A program made the position numbers and the translations under genes. From a virus: 64,000 nucleotides of DNA. Each line of letters starts with the position of its first letter. Position 1 is the first letter of the stretch. The DNA is taken from IMG/VR virus record IMGVR_UViG_3300006990_000014; one strand, 5' to 3'. Under the pieces are notes generated by a model. That model was not told where the DNA came from. It searched no databases and was given only the letters and a program-made list of their open reading frames with translations. This document shows positions 46,412-56,990 of the stretch, one piece after another.

Positions 46412-49400
46412 ATGTCAAACAGAAATAATGCACAAATTACAGGCGACATAGTTACGCAAAGAATATTTCTAGAAGAAGAAACTATTTCTTTAACTGACGA
46501 AACGCTAAGTCTTGTCGGCACAGCAATGAGAGGCCCTGCTTTTGTTCCACAACAAGTCGTCTCTTTTGCGCAAGATTCTAGTATACTCAACACTTGGGAA
46601 AATATCTTTGGTGACTTTAATTTTCAAAAACAACATGCAAGCCCAATTTCTTCAAAAGTCTGGCTAGAAAATAACGGTAGTCAGCTTAGTTATACTCGAG
46701 TGTTAGGCGTAGGCAACGGTAGTTTTGAAAAAAATCAAGCAGGTGAATACGATCACGCAGGATTTACAGTCGGAAATCAAATTTTTTTTGACCCTAATGA
46801 ATATGCCGTTAAAAGCAGTAATGATTTAATTAACGGTTTATGCTATTTTGAAGGCAAATATGTTTCTGAAAGATCTTTTGTTGGGCCAGATGGACACGAC
46901 GATCAAGAAGTTGTATATACTTCTTCTTTTGAAAACTACTTTGATCAAATAGGACAAACAGATGACACAATAGGAATTATAACAAATGTTATATTTGCAG
47001 CACAAGGAATAAAGTTAGATCTACAAAAAGATTTGCTAGATGAGCTAGATTTAAGTCAAAAAAGGCAAGAACTAGGAACTTACCAGTCTGACAATCCTAG
47101 TGCAATCATCGAATCTGACATATCTTATCCTTACATTTATATTAAAGGATTGAGTGACTCGAGCAAAAGTATTATTGAAACGCCTCTTAAAACTGATTCT
47201 TATAAAAGATTTAGTATGTATGAAGACAAGTTAAATACAAGCAGTTATTTTAATTTAAACAGAGGCCACTTAAATTATTGCTCGTTTAGAGATATTGATT
47301 TATTTGATTATCCTAATGAGAAAACAAAAAAAGCTTCAACAGCATCATTTATAACATTTCAAAACTCAGCTGTCCAAGATGCTATTAACTATCAAAGTTT
47401 TAAAGATGTTTTTAGAAAAGCAAAGACGCCTTGGGTAGTATCGCAACCAGTCAATACAATACAGTCTTCAGACACTAGTAAAGAAAGTATATGGAAAGAG
47501 TGTGTTGAATTATTTAGATTTCATACTTATTCAGACGGTGAAGAAGGAAATAAATATAGATTTAGAATAACGCCTAAAAGATTAGGAAATTATAACAATA
47601 TAGATCCTAATAAGTTATATTCTAAGTTTGATGTTGAAGTTTTTTATTGTCTTAAAACTCAAAACAGATATAATTCTATTGCGAAGTATATTGATTTAAA
47701 CTTAAACCCAGAAAGCGATGATTATATTTGCAAGGTTATAGGCACTGAGCATGAGTATTATGATTTTGATTTAGGAAAAATAGTAACTGCTGGCAACTAT
47801 AAAAAAACAAATAATCATATTTATGTAGAAGTAACAAATGACGTTGAAGATAAAGTAATCCAAACAACTTTGATGCCTTCCGGCTTTAAAAACTATCCTA
47901 TTATAAACACAAACAATCTTCGTAAAAATACTAACAGCACACCGATTATTCAAAACCCAATGAGGTTTGCTGGAAATAGACAGATTTTAAGATTTGAAGG
48001 TATAAAACCTATTTTTAAAGAAGATGCATCGTGGGGCGTGCTATTTGATCAGACAGAGTTAACTAAAGTCAGAGACGTTTTAGTAGATGGTGAAAATTAT
48101 AATTTTATAATGGAATTATACAACGATAACGTAACAAATAGTTTTGATCAAGCATCACAATATTCAAAATATTTTAGTAGTTATAGAGACGAATATAGTG
48201 TATGGAAAGAAGAACTAGATCAAAATACCCAATATAACTTCTTTCATCTAGAAAAGATTTTATATAACGCCGCAGATGATATAAACGTTTCAAAAAGATG
48301 GGACTATTCATTTTACAGAAGAGATGGTAAAGATATATCTCAAATTACATCGTTAGATGAAAAAAATAATTTTAAATATGTGGATATAAACAAGCTTCTT
48401 TATTCAAACGACGAAAATTATTCTGATAATCATTTGTTTCTTTCTTTTGACTTTTTTAGTTATGGTGGCTTCGATGGCGTTAATATTTTAGATTATTATA
48501 AAAAAGACATGTCAGGATTTTCTGTGGCAAGAGAAACAAATAATGCTGCAGATCCAAATGCAGAAATGCAAACCACAGAGATTTATAGAACTGCATATAA
48601 AATTGCAACAGAAGAGACAGATTGTAGAGTTGATTTGTTTTGCATGCCAGGAATATCTTCTCAAAGTTTGATTAAAGAAATTGTAGACTTAGCAGAAACA
48701 AAAAGAAGCTTTAATTATATATTTGATGTTCCTGAAATTGTTACAGGTTCAAAGCAAAGAGACAAATCTTATTACTTTTTAGATTTTAATAATAGACCTA
48801 GTGATTTACTAAACTTTGATGAAACAGTCAAAGATGATCTAAATGATATTAGTAATATAAACGAGACAATTAATAATTTTAAATTAATGTCTATAAACTC
48901 AAAATATAGTCTAGCTTTGTACAATTATTGTGAGGCTGTAGTTTCAAATGAGTTTAATGTTGAAATTCCTCCTAGCACTGTTTATCTTAAGTCACTCTCA
49001 AAGTCACAATTAGCTCAACCTATAGCAACAGTAAACTATGATAATACTGATGACACACTTTCAGTAAGTTCAACTTTAAACATGCAATTTAAGTTTAATT
49101 GTAATAATTTTGATAGTTTACTTAAGCAGACAAAAAGCTTTGATTGTAGTATTAATCCTATAGGTCTAATGAGTCAAAATAGATTTGTAAAACCTCTTTC
49201 TTCTAATACTTTAAGTACAAATAATAGATCTGTATTTAGAAGTTTTCATAATATTAGAATTTATCATGATATAACTAGAAATCTTAGAAATATATTATTC
49301 ACAGCTCCTTTAATAAATGGCTCGCCTATGTTATTCTCTCCTAATACTATAGATAGTAATGATAATAGAGTAGATGTTAATTTATTTTTAAGTTTAGATG

Positions 49401-49639
49401 AATTTATGTTAAGCTACGTTGATAGAGAAATAATAAATGATTATTATGTTAATACTGTAAAATTAAATTCAGAAAGAGCTAGACAACAAAAGTTTAGAAA
49501 TGAGTTTAGCGGAGAGATAGGTATTAACTTTAAAGGTTCACAAAGTAGTGATTTATTTAATTTAATAAGCACAAATAATTTACTAAACTTTGTTAACAAT
49601 TTTGAAGAAGATAATAATATAATAATAGAATCTGTATAG
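46412..49639 (+). CDS. Divergent tail sheath paralog 3
   Basis: LVGTAMRGPAFVP, YTRVLGVG, TPWVVSQ, LNLNPESDDYICKVIG, GGFDGVNI shared with sheaths 1 and 2; C-terminal polymerisation motifs degenerate. Confidence 0.8.
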   Translation: MSNRNNAQITGDIVTQRIFLEEETISLTDETLSLVGTAMRGPAFVPQQVVSFAQDSSILNTWENIFGDFNFQKQHASPISSKVWLENNGSQLSYTRVLGVGNGSFEKNQAGEYDHAGFTVGNQIFFDPNEYAVKSSNDLINGLCYFEGKYVSERSFVGPDGHDDQEVVYTSSFENYFDQIGQTDDTIGIITNVIFAAQGIKLDLQKDLLDELDLSQKRQELGTYQSDNPSAIIESDISYPYIYIKGLSDSSKSIIETPLKTDSYKRFSMYEDKLNTSSYFNLNRGHLNYCSFRDIDLFDYPNEKTKKASTASFITFQNSAVQDAINYQSFKDVFRKAKTPWVVSQPVNTIQSSDTSKESIWKECVELFRFHTYSDGEEGNKYRFRITPKRLGNYNNIDPNKLYSKFDVEVFYCLKTQNRYNSIAKYIDLNLNPESDDYICKVIGTEHEYYDFDLGKIVTAGNYKKTNNHIYVEVTNDVEDKVIQTTLMPSGFKNYPIINTNNLRKNTNSTPIIQNPMRFAGNRQILRFEGIKPIFKEDASWGVLFDQTELTKVRDVLVDGENYNFIMELYNDNVTNSFDQASQYSKYFSSYRDEYSVWKEELDQNTQYNFFHLEKILYNAADDINVSKRWDYSFYRRDGKDISQITSLDEKNNFKYVDINKLLYSNDENYSDNHLFLSFDFFSYGGFDGVNILDYYKKDMSGFSVARETNNAADPNAEMQTTEIYRTAYKIATEETDCRVDLFCMPGISSQSLIKEIVDLAETKRSFNYIFDVPEIVTGSKQRDKSYYFLDFNNRPSDLLNFDETVKDDLNDISNINETINNFKLMSINSKYSLALYNYCEAVVSNEFNVEIPPSTVYLKSLSKSQLAQPIATVNYDNTDDTLSVSSTLNMQFKFNCNNFDSLLKQTKSFDCSINPIGLMSQNRFVKPLSSNTLSTNNRSVFRSFHNIRIYHDITRNLRNILFTAPLINGSPMLFSPNTIDSNDNRVDVNLFLSLDEFMLSYVDREIINDYYVNTVKLNSERARQQKFRNEFSGEIGINFKGSQSSDLFNLISTNNLLNFVNNFEEDNNIIIESV

Positions 49640-49651
49640 CAGGAGTACTTA

Positions 49652-50494
49652 ATGAATAATCTTGATAAGCCGCTAGACGCTGCAGAAATTGCAGACAGCA
49701 GCCCAATTAAAAAAAATAATGTAATGTTAGATGACTTTGGCTTTGAACTAGCTATTGAATCTGTTCCACTTCCTTCTAGAGGTGTTATATACTCTGAAGA
49801 TAAAGGTATTTATGATACTGAAACTTTAGATATTAAACCTATGACAGCTAAGGAAGAAGATATTCTTACTTCTAGAGCTTATATTAAGAACGGAACAGTG
49901 ATTTCAAAACTAATCAAAAGCTGTTTAGTCGACAAGTCAATTGACCCCGACGATCTAATATCAGGTGACAGAAACGCTTTATTAGTCGCGCTAAGAATTA
50001 CAGGATACGGTGCTGATTATGAGCTTGACATAAATTGTCCTGCTTGTAGTAAGTCAAATAAGTCAACTTTTAATTTGTCTGAATTAAAGATTAAAAGATT
50101 GCAAGTAGAGCCAGATGTTTTAGGTGAAAACGTTTTTAATGTTGTCTTACCTGTAACGAAAAAGAATGTTAAAGTTAAGTTTTTAACTGGTCATGACGAA
50201 AAAGAAATGATGATTACAAATGATCGAAAGAAAAAGAGCGGTTTAAATACAGACAATAGCGTGACTGATCGCTTAAATAGATCTATTCTACAAATTGAAA
50301 ACATTAAAGATAAAAACAAGATTAAACTTTTTGTTCAAAACATGCCTGCAAGAGATTCTTTGGCGCTTAGAAGATTTTTGGATAACCACGAGCCTGGTGT
50401 TGATATGAAAGCAACTATGGAATGCACCCACTGCTTCGAAGAAAGTGAGGTTGAGTTGCCAATCGGACCTACATTTTTTTGGCCTGACGCCTGA
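49652..50494 (+). CDS. Baseplate hub assembly protein / tail assembly chaperone (T4 gp26/gp51-like)
   Basis: VPLPSRG, IKPMTAKEEDIL, GDRNALLVALRITGYG, CPAC and CTHC pairs, ends FFWPDA; directly upstream of tape measure. Confidence 0.8.
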   Translation: MNNLDKPLDAAEIADSSPIKKNNVMLDDFGFELAIESVPLPSRGVIYSEDKGIYDTETLDIKPMTAKEEDILTSRAYIKNGTVISKLIKSCLVDKSIDPDDLISGDRNALLVALRITGYGADYELDINCPACSKSNKSTFNLSELKIKRLQVEPDVLGENVFNVVLPVTKKNVKVKFLTGHDEKEMMITNDRKKKSGLNTDNSVTDRLNRSILQIENIKDKNKIKLFVQNMPARDSLALRRFLDNHEPGVDMKATMECTHCFEESEVELPIGPTFFWPDA

Positions 50495-50702
50495 AAATAA
50501 AGACATTGTTTTAGAACAAATATATGTCTTAATGCAACATTTAAGTTTTTCTTATGCAGACGCATATAAATTACCTATTTGGAAAAGAATATGGTTTATA
50601 AGAAAACTTAAGACAGACTTAGAAAAACAGTCTCAGCAAAACAATAATCCTTTACCCCAACAAAGCAAAAGAGCAAATAACATGTTTAAAAAGTCTTTTT
50701 AG
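50475..50702 (+). CDS. Frameshift extension of the tail chaperone (second chaperone ORF)
   Basis: Open frame FFGLTPENKDIVLEQIYVLMQHLSFSYADAYKLPIWKRIWFIRKL begins in the T7 run 50474-50480; no SD-linked ATG. Confidence 0.65.
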   Translation, partial: FFGLTPENKDIVLEQIYVLMQHLSFSYADAYKLPIWKRIWFIRKLKTDLEKQSQQNNNPLPQQSKRANNMFKKSF

Positions 50703-50769
50703 TTTTAGAGTTATTTAAGATAAACATACTTATAACATATTTGATAGTTACTAACTAAAGGATTTTTTT

Positions 50770-53700
50770 ATGTTACAGTCTGAGCTTATGGTTGATCTTC
50801 TTAAGAAAATAGAAAGAAACACAGCTAAAGGCGCCCAAGCCGGCACCAAAAATAAGAGCTCACAGTCTGATGTGGCCAATCGTGCGGCAGCTTCACTAGA
50901 TGCTGATGCGGAAGCTTCTACAGACGCGCTAAAAAATCAAACAGCAGCAATGGAAGATCATGGAAAAGCTGTTAACATAGCATCTGAAAATGTAAAAGAA
51001 TTTTTGTCATACGGCGAAAAAATGAAAAACTTTGCAGAATCAGGAGAAAAAAGCTTTTTAGGTCTTAATAAATCAACGCTAGCATACGGAAAAGTTCTTG
51101 ACGACGTTTTTGGCGGAAAACTACAAAAATACGGCAAAAAATTATTCAAATTTACAGGCGGTATAAGAAAAAGCTTTTCAGCATTTAAGAATTCAGGAAA
51201 AGATCTTGATGCTCTTAATAACGGTCTTGTAAACACAACTTCAAATTTTGCCAGGTTTAGTGCTCTTGCAAAATTTGGAGCTACAAGAGTAGCTGCAGTT
51301 CTAGGTCCTATAGGAGTAGCCATTGCAGCAATTGGTGGTACAATGGTTAAAGTCTTTATGCAGACAATGAAGGTAGGCGCGAAGTTGACAAAGTTTTTTA
51401 TTGCTTTACCTTTGACTATGGCAGCTTCTGCTGCAAAGATTGGTAATTCTATTAGAAGAGACATAGTTGAAACTATTGGAAATGCTGCGCAAGAAACAAA
51501 AGAGTTGTTTGATATGTCAGATAGACTTGGCGGAAAAATAGGTCAAGCAACAAAAGGGCTTGTACAATTTGCGCAAAGTACTACAACATTACTAAAGTTT
51601 AAAAATGTAACAAATGATTTTGTTAAACTTTTTGGCTCCGGCGCCGGTGGAGTGACTGCTTTAATAAAGGAGTATACGTCGGTTTTGACAAATGCCGGCG
51701 TGTTTGCTGATATCTTTGCTGAGAATGTTGCTAAAATAAGTAAAGAAGGAACACCTGATAATTTGATATTATTGACTAAAGCAACTCGAGCTTTAGGCGT
51801 GTCGACGCAAGATTTTAGTTATGTTGCACTGGAATCAGCAAAAAACGGTGAATCTTTATTTAAGACGCTTGATGACATTGCAGGATCAACTGCGACTGTT
51901 TCTAAAGAATTTGGTCTCAATGTTAAGCTTGTTAGAAAGAATTTCTTTGTTTTAAGAAATGATATCATTAATTTTGGGCACTTGACAAATGAAGAACTTT
52001 CTGAGACTGTTGCAAAAGTAACACAAATGGGTGTTTCTGTAAAAGAAGCATCTGCTATGTTTAATAAGTTTGGAACTTTTGAAGATGCAGCCAATTCTGC
52101 AGCATTACTATCACAGACTTTTGGAATGAATGTCGATGCTTTGCAATTAATAAGAGCAGAAAAACCTGAAGAAATCATTGAAATGTTTAGTGATGCAATG
52201 TTTGCGACAGGCAGATCTTTTGATGAGCTTAATCGTCATGAAAAAGCTGTAATGGCACAACATACAGGTCTTTCAGCAGAAGCTCTTAAGTCTGTTATGA
52301 ATTATAAAAACATGGGAATGACGTATGCTGAAATTCAAAAGAAAATGGCTGAAGATGACCCAACTGTTCAACAAACAAAAAATATTAAGTCCATGACAGA
52401 CTCATTGAAAGAAATGCAAAAAGTAATTACAGATACCTCATTTTTTGAATCTTTCAAGAAAGGACTAACTGCAACAATTACACTGGGATCTGGTCTTGAC
52501 CCTATTTTTAAAAGAATATCAAAAAGAATGCAAGATTTTTATATTTCAGGATTGACTTTAGATAAAAGTACTACGAAAAAAATAAAAGGCATATTTTCAC
52601 CAATTACAGAAACTTTTGAAAAACTTGTCGGAAAACCCGGGTCTAAAGAAGGAGGAATTTTTAATACAAAAGATTTAAATAAAGCTACAAACTCTTTCGT
52701 TGACTTTTTTGGAGACTCTTTAATTAAAGCATTTAAAGATGACAGTGACCTTTTAGAAGTTCAAGACACTTTTTCTTTAAAAACAATAAGAGCTATACAA
52801 GGCGGCCTTAAACCCGGTGGCTCAGTTGCGTCAAAGTTGATGGAAGCTTCTGGAGAACTTATAGGAAAGTTCTTGAAAGGATTTGCGGCGATTGGCCCGG
52901 GCATTATTAAGTTTGTAGGTAAAGGCTTTAGAGATTTGGTTGCTTGGCTACAAGGGTATGGCGGAGAAAAAAACAGTGTATCAACTATGTTTACAAGCTT
53001 TTTCAAACTTGGAAAAACTGATGTTGAAGCAATTAGAAATACTTTTAAAACGTTATTTGAAGAACTTAAAAAGTCAAGTGGTCCTTTTATGAGTTTTTTC
53101 GTATGGGTTAATAAAAAAGTGCTAGGTATGGCTTTTGATATTGCTGGTGAGGTCGGAGAAATTCTTAACGAAAGACTAAATCCATTTGAAGGCATGAGTA
53201 AAAGTAACGCAGAACTTAAAGAAGTAGGTTTTAATAGAGCTAAAAAGCTTTATAGAGGCGCAGTTTCTGCTCAAGATATAAGAGATATGGTTGCATCAAA
53301 AGACTTCCGAGGAGGATCGGGAGATCAAAATCAAATGAGAGCACAAGGTATGCTGCAATACATGCGTGAAGCATTTAAAAAACAGCAGTCTGATTCTAAT
53401 AAGGAAATACTTAACGCTAAAGCTGAGCTTAGAAGTAAAAATAAAAGAATAAAATATGTTCATAGACTAGACGTCGATAAAGCTCTTGAATCTTCCTCTT
53501 CTGACCAGGATGTAACGTCTAACCAAATAGGAAGAGCAATGTTGCAACAACTTGACATGATTGCTGAAAACAATAAAAACAATAAAAACAATACAACAAT
53601 TCAAGTTAGGCAAGCAAATGATTTTCTTTCAGACTTGTTAGGAGGAGGTAAAGCTTTGTTGCAAGGAGGTCTTAATGGCTTTGACATGACTTTGTTTAAT

Positions 53701-54033
53701 CCTGCAGACCAAATAATGGCAGGAATGAGTGGTGGGCCTATTGATGCTGCAATAAGATATAGTGGAGATATGGCTGCAGAAGTTTATAGTTTAATCGCAG
53801 GAATGGTTTCTCCTGCTGCTAGTGGTAATACACAAGGTGCTGGTCAAGTTAAACACGTTGACAAAATAGAACTTTCTGTTAATCTGGATGGAGAAATGAT
53901 TGCAAAGCAGTGTGTTAAAGCAAACATAGTAGCTTTTGCAAAGGATAGAAATCTTGGCGGTTCATACGATACACTAGGAGACGGCACAACAAGAAACTCT
54001 TCTTTCGGTTCTACAGAAGACGCTTCATATTAA
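50770..54033 (+). CDS. Tape measure protein
   Basis: 1087 aa, Ala/Gly/Lys-rich helical, central hydrophobic stretch, position after tube and chaperones. Confidence 0.8.
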   Translation: MLQSELMVDLLKKIERNTAKGAQAGTKNKSSQSDVANRAAASLDADAEASTDALKNQTAAMEDHGKAVNIASENVKEFLSYGEKMKNFAESGEKSFLGLNKSTLAYGKVLDDVFGGKLQKYGKKLFKFTGGIRKSFSAFKNSGKDLDALNNGLVNTTSNFARFSALAKFGATRVAAVLGPIGVAIAAIGGTMVKVFMQTMKVGAKLTKFFIALPLTMAASAAKIGNSIRRDIVETIGNAAQETKELFDMSDRLGGKIGQATKGLVQFAQSTTTLLKFKNVTNDFVKLFGSGAGGVTALIKEYTSVLTNAGVFADIFAENVAKISKEGTPDNLILLTKATRALGVSTQDFSYVALESAKNGESLFKTLDDIAGSTATVSKEFGLNVKLVRKNFFVLRNDIINFGHLTNEELSETVAKVTQMGVSVKEASAMFNKFGTFEDAANSAALLSQTFGMNVDALQLIRAEKPEEIIEMFSDAMFATGRSFDELNRHEKAVMAQHTGLSAEALKSVMNYKNMGMTYAEIQKKMAEDDPTVQQTKNIKSMTDSLKEMQKVITDTSFFESFKKGLTATITLGSGLDPIFKRISKRMQDFYISGLTLDKSTTKKIKGIFSPITETFEKLVGKPGSKEGGIFNTKDLNKATNSFVDFFGDSLIKAFKDDSDLLEVQDTFSLKTIRAIQGGLKPGGSVASKLMEASGELIGKFLKGFAAIGPGIIKFVGKGFRDLVAWLQGYGGEKNSVSTMFTSFFKLGKTDVEAIRNTFKTLFEELKKSSGPFMSFFVWVNKKVLGMAFDIAGEVGEILNERLNPFEGMSKSNAELKEVGFNRAKKLYRGAVSAQDIRDMVASKDFRGGSGDQNQMRAQGMLQYMREAFKKQQSDSNKEILNAKAELRSKNKRIKYVHRLDVDKALESSSSDQDVTSNQIGRAMLQQLDMIAENNKNNKNNTTIQVRQANDFLSDLLGGGKALLQGGLNGFDMTLFNPADQIMAGMSGGPIDAAIRYSGDMAAEVYSLIAGMVSPAASGNTQGAGQVKHVDKIELSVNLDGEMIAKQCVKANIVAFAKDRNLGGSYDTLGDGTTRNSSFGSTEDASY

Positions 54034-54048
54034 AATAAAGGAATATAT

Positions 54049-54318
54049 ATGTTTGAAAAAGTTAAAAAATTAGATTTTAAAAAAAATGAGAGCACAAAAG
54101 AAATAGTTTCTGGCCTAGCAACTTTATATATGGAACTTTTTAAAATGTCAAAAGAAGATGCTGAAAGTCTTGTTGAGAAAAAAATGAATTATTTTAAAGA
54201 TGACTTTATAGAAAAAGTTGAAAGTGCAAAACAATATGATTTTAATAAAAATCATAAAAGCTATGAAGAAGTTAACACTGAAGACTATTTAACAGGTAAA
54301 ACTGTAATTAAGGGTTAA
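54049..54318 (+). CDS. Hypothetical protein
   Basis: 89-aa ORF with AAGGA SD. Confidence 0.55.
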   Translation: MFEKVKKLDFKKNESTKEIVSGLATLYMELFKMSKEDAESLVEKKMNYFKDDFIEKVESAKQYDFNKNHKSYEEVNTEDYLTGKTVIKG

Positions 54319-54320
54319 TT

Positions 54321-56987
54321 ATGGCAACCAAATATATCTTAGATCCTAGCGGAAAGATTTTAAAAAAAGACGACACAGATGGAAATTCTTTAGAAGACGC
54401 TTACAACGTTAGTAAAGATTATCTTTCTAGACAAAAGAATTACAAAGAAAGCATTAGCTTAGCTGACGTTAAGTTAGGCTTTAATGTTTTACCACTTGGT
54501 GGTATAGCAGCTGCACTTACAGATGTAAATATTACAGACGAACAAAAAGCTACTTTGAAAACCGACAGTATTTTTCCTGAAAATATTTTTGGAAGTTTAG
54601 TTAATAGCTCGTTTGGTTTTGATAACGACAGCCCACTAAAAAATTATACTTCGTTTGATAGCTTTAATGGTGATTTTCAAACCTCTTCAGTTTTTGCAGA
54701 CGAATTAGAAATACTTGCTGGATATGATTTTAATTCATTAGGCTTTATTTCAGCTAAAGGCGCAGACTTAACTGCTCTTTTCTTTGTTACTCAATATCTA
54801 ATTAACACAATTGTTTATATAATTGTTGCAAATGAAATTTACAATTTTTTCATAACAGACAATATTAGTGGTGTAAATAGTGATAAATTTACAAACTTTG
54901 AAAGATTTTTTTCAGACCACTTAGGATTAAGATTTTTTGGATTTGATGAAATGACTTTGACACAAGTTATTGTTAGTTTTATACACGGGTTTGATTTATT
55001 TTTAAACACAGATCCAAAAAACGTTAACTGGCTTAAAAAAAATCCAATGGCAACTAAGGAGAGTCCATTTGACTCAGCTGTGCAACAATTTGTTCGAACA
55101 GTCTTAAGCTTTTCTAAACAAGGTTATAATAGACTTAATATGCTTATAAGAAAATTTCAAATGCAGTCTTATTGGCACACAAATATACTTTATAAGGCTA
55201 AAACTACAGAAAGTGATTACATTGGAAGAAACTCTATATCTCAAGAGAATCCTATTGATAAATTTTTTGTTGAGTTTAGTAGATATTATTTTAAGTTTAT
55301 TATAGAAAGAGTACAAATTGGAAAGATAAGTGCCGGATATAGATCTTTTAAAAGTTTGCAAGGAGAAAACGTATTTACCATTTTTGCAGATCAGAATTCT
55401 GCTAATTTTGGCTTGCTTAGTAATACCAACAGATATTCAGCAAATAAAAGATCAGTTTTTTATACAAATGGTCTTTCAACTTTAAAAGACCCACAAGGCT
55501 TTTATGACTATGGTGATTTAAAATTTAAAGATGGTTACGGTAAAGGTGGAGAAAAAGAGTTATATGTTGACAAAGCCCGGTCAAGTGACGCTGAGACTAA
55601 AATCGTTTCTGACATATCTTCGTCAACGTTACAACAACTTATAAAATACGATTTCGAGTTATTAACAACTAATAGAGAAGACTTTAAAAAATATAAATAC
55701 AAAGGTGCTGCATCTCAAAACAAAAGATTTAGTAAAAAGTTAAAAGATCAAATAGAAAAAGCTTTTAATAGAGAAATGGCACCTTTTTATTTTCATGATC
55801 TTAGAACAAATGAAATGCTTTCTTTTCATGCTTTTATAGACAATATCTCAGATAGCTTCCAACCTCAGTATAGTCCAATTACTGGTTTTGGTAGAATTGA
55901 TGATGCACAGCATTATACAAAAACAACACGAAGTATTAGCGTATCTTTCTCTCTTGTTACAATGAACGAAGAAGACTTTGCTTTAATGTGGCAGCAAATT
56001 AACAAACTAGTGACTTTAGTTTATCCACAATGGTCAGACGGTCTGCCAGCAAATACAGGAGATTTTAAAGAAAATAGAAGTTTTAGATTTCCTTTTACGC
56101 AAGTTCCAACAGCTTCACCTTTAATAAGACTTAAAGTCGGCGATCTTATACGCTCAAACTATACTGAGTATGACATGAAAAAACTCTATTCAAAAGGAAT
56201 TAAAAACAAATTTAACAAAGTATTTAAAAAAGAATTACTTGTTAGAGAAGGCGAAGTAAGCTTTAACATTACTAAAGATTTTGATAAGTCAAAGTTTTTT
56301 TATGTTTTCAATGATGATAGTGAGAATATATATAATTCTGACATGTCAACAATTTCAGGTGACTTAAGTATGTTTTTGAATAAGGGTTTAAGTTCCAGAG
56401 GCGTGAGTGATTTTTATCTTTCGGGAAGTAACCAAGAAAATTCTTTGGAAGTTACTAATCCAAAAAAAATGTATACATTCAAAGACAAATTTAAGGTAAA
56501 AACCTTTATTTCCCAGGGTAATAAAAGCTTTAGACAAAAGTATTATATATTTAAAATTAAAGAAATTAATAACGGAAATGCTTTTTTAATACACGAAAAT
56601 GAAATAACTAGTGTTAGACAGGCAGTATATAAAAATGTCTATGATTTAGCAGAAGACTCTGACGAGAGAAAACTAGAAAGCGTTTTTCCTGCACATTTAA
56701 ATAGTGACAAAAGAATTAACAATCCTTATCAAAAAGCATTTGAGTCGACTCAAGGCTTGGGTCTTGCTGGATTTATAACTTCTTTAAGCATAGATACAAA
56801 CAACCAACTTTGGGAAACAACAAATGTTGAAGGACGATTTGAGGGAGATGTTTCATTGCCAATGGGTGCCAAAATAACAGTACAATTTGCACCTATTCAC
56901 GATATACCACCGGGGATTGATGCAACAGGTGTTAATCGTGCAGAAATATATAGAGATGTTATCACTGACATGAAAGAAAGAAGCTAG
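54321..56987 (+). CDS. Baseplate tail-tube initiator-like protein (gp48/gp54-like domain)
   Basis: PFYFHDLRT...FHAFIDNISDSF...GRIDDAQHYTKTTRSISVSF...LVYPQW...PLIRLKVGDL...GFITSLSI tube-fold motifs. Confidence 0.65.
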   Translation: MATKYILDPSGKILKKDDTDGNSLEDAYNVSKDYLSRQKNYKESISLADVKLGFNVLPLGGIAAALTDVNITDEQKATLKTDSIFPENIFGSLVNSSFGFDNDSPLKNYTSFDSFNGDFQTSSVFADELEILAGYDFNSLGFISAKGADLTALFFVTQYLINTIVYIIVANEIYNFFITDNISGVNSDKFTNFERFFSDHLGLRFFGFDEMTLTQVIVSFIHGFDLFLNTDPKNVNWLKKNPMATKESPFDSAVQQFVRTVLSFSKQGYNRLNMLIRKFQMQSYWHTNILYKAKTTESDYIGRNSISQENPIDKFFVEFSRYYFKFIIERVQIGKISAGYRSFKSLQGENVFTIFADQNSANFGLLSNTNRYSANKRSVFYTNGLSTLKDPQGFYDYGDLKFKDGYGKGGEKELYVDKARSSDAETKIVSDISSSTLQQLIKYDFELLTTNREDFKKYKYKGAASQNKRFSKKLKDQIEKAFNREMAPFYFHDLRTNEMLSFHAFIDNISDSFQPQYSPITGFGRIDDAQHYTKTTRSISVSFSLVTMNEEDFALMWQQINKLVTLVYPQWSDGLPANTGDFKENRSFRFPFTQVPTASPLIRLKVGDLIRSNYTEYDMKKLYSKGIKNKFNKVFKKELLVREGEVSFNITKDFDKSKFFYVFNDDSENIYNSDMSTISGDLSMFLNKGLSSRGVSDFYLSGSNQENSLEVTNPKKMYTFKDKFKVKTFISQGNKSFRQKYYIFKIKEINNGNAFLIHENEITSVRQAVYKNVYDLAEDSDERKLESVFPAHLNSDKRINNPYQKAFESTQGLGLAGFITSLSIDTNNQLWETTNVEGRFEGDVSLPMGAKITVQFAPIHDIPPGIDATGVNRAEIYRDVITDMKERS

Positions 56988-56990
56988 TTC

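Noticed and set aside
50958-53195. Minus-strand ORFs of 168, 119 and 144 aa
   Set aside because: Shadows of the tape measure gene arising from its codon bias; no SD or motifs
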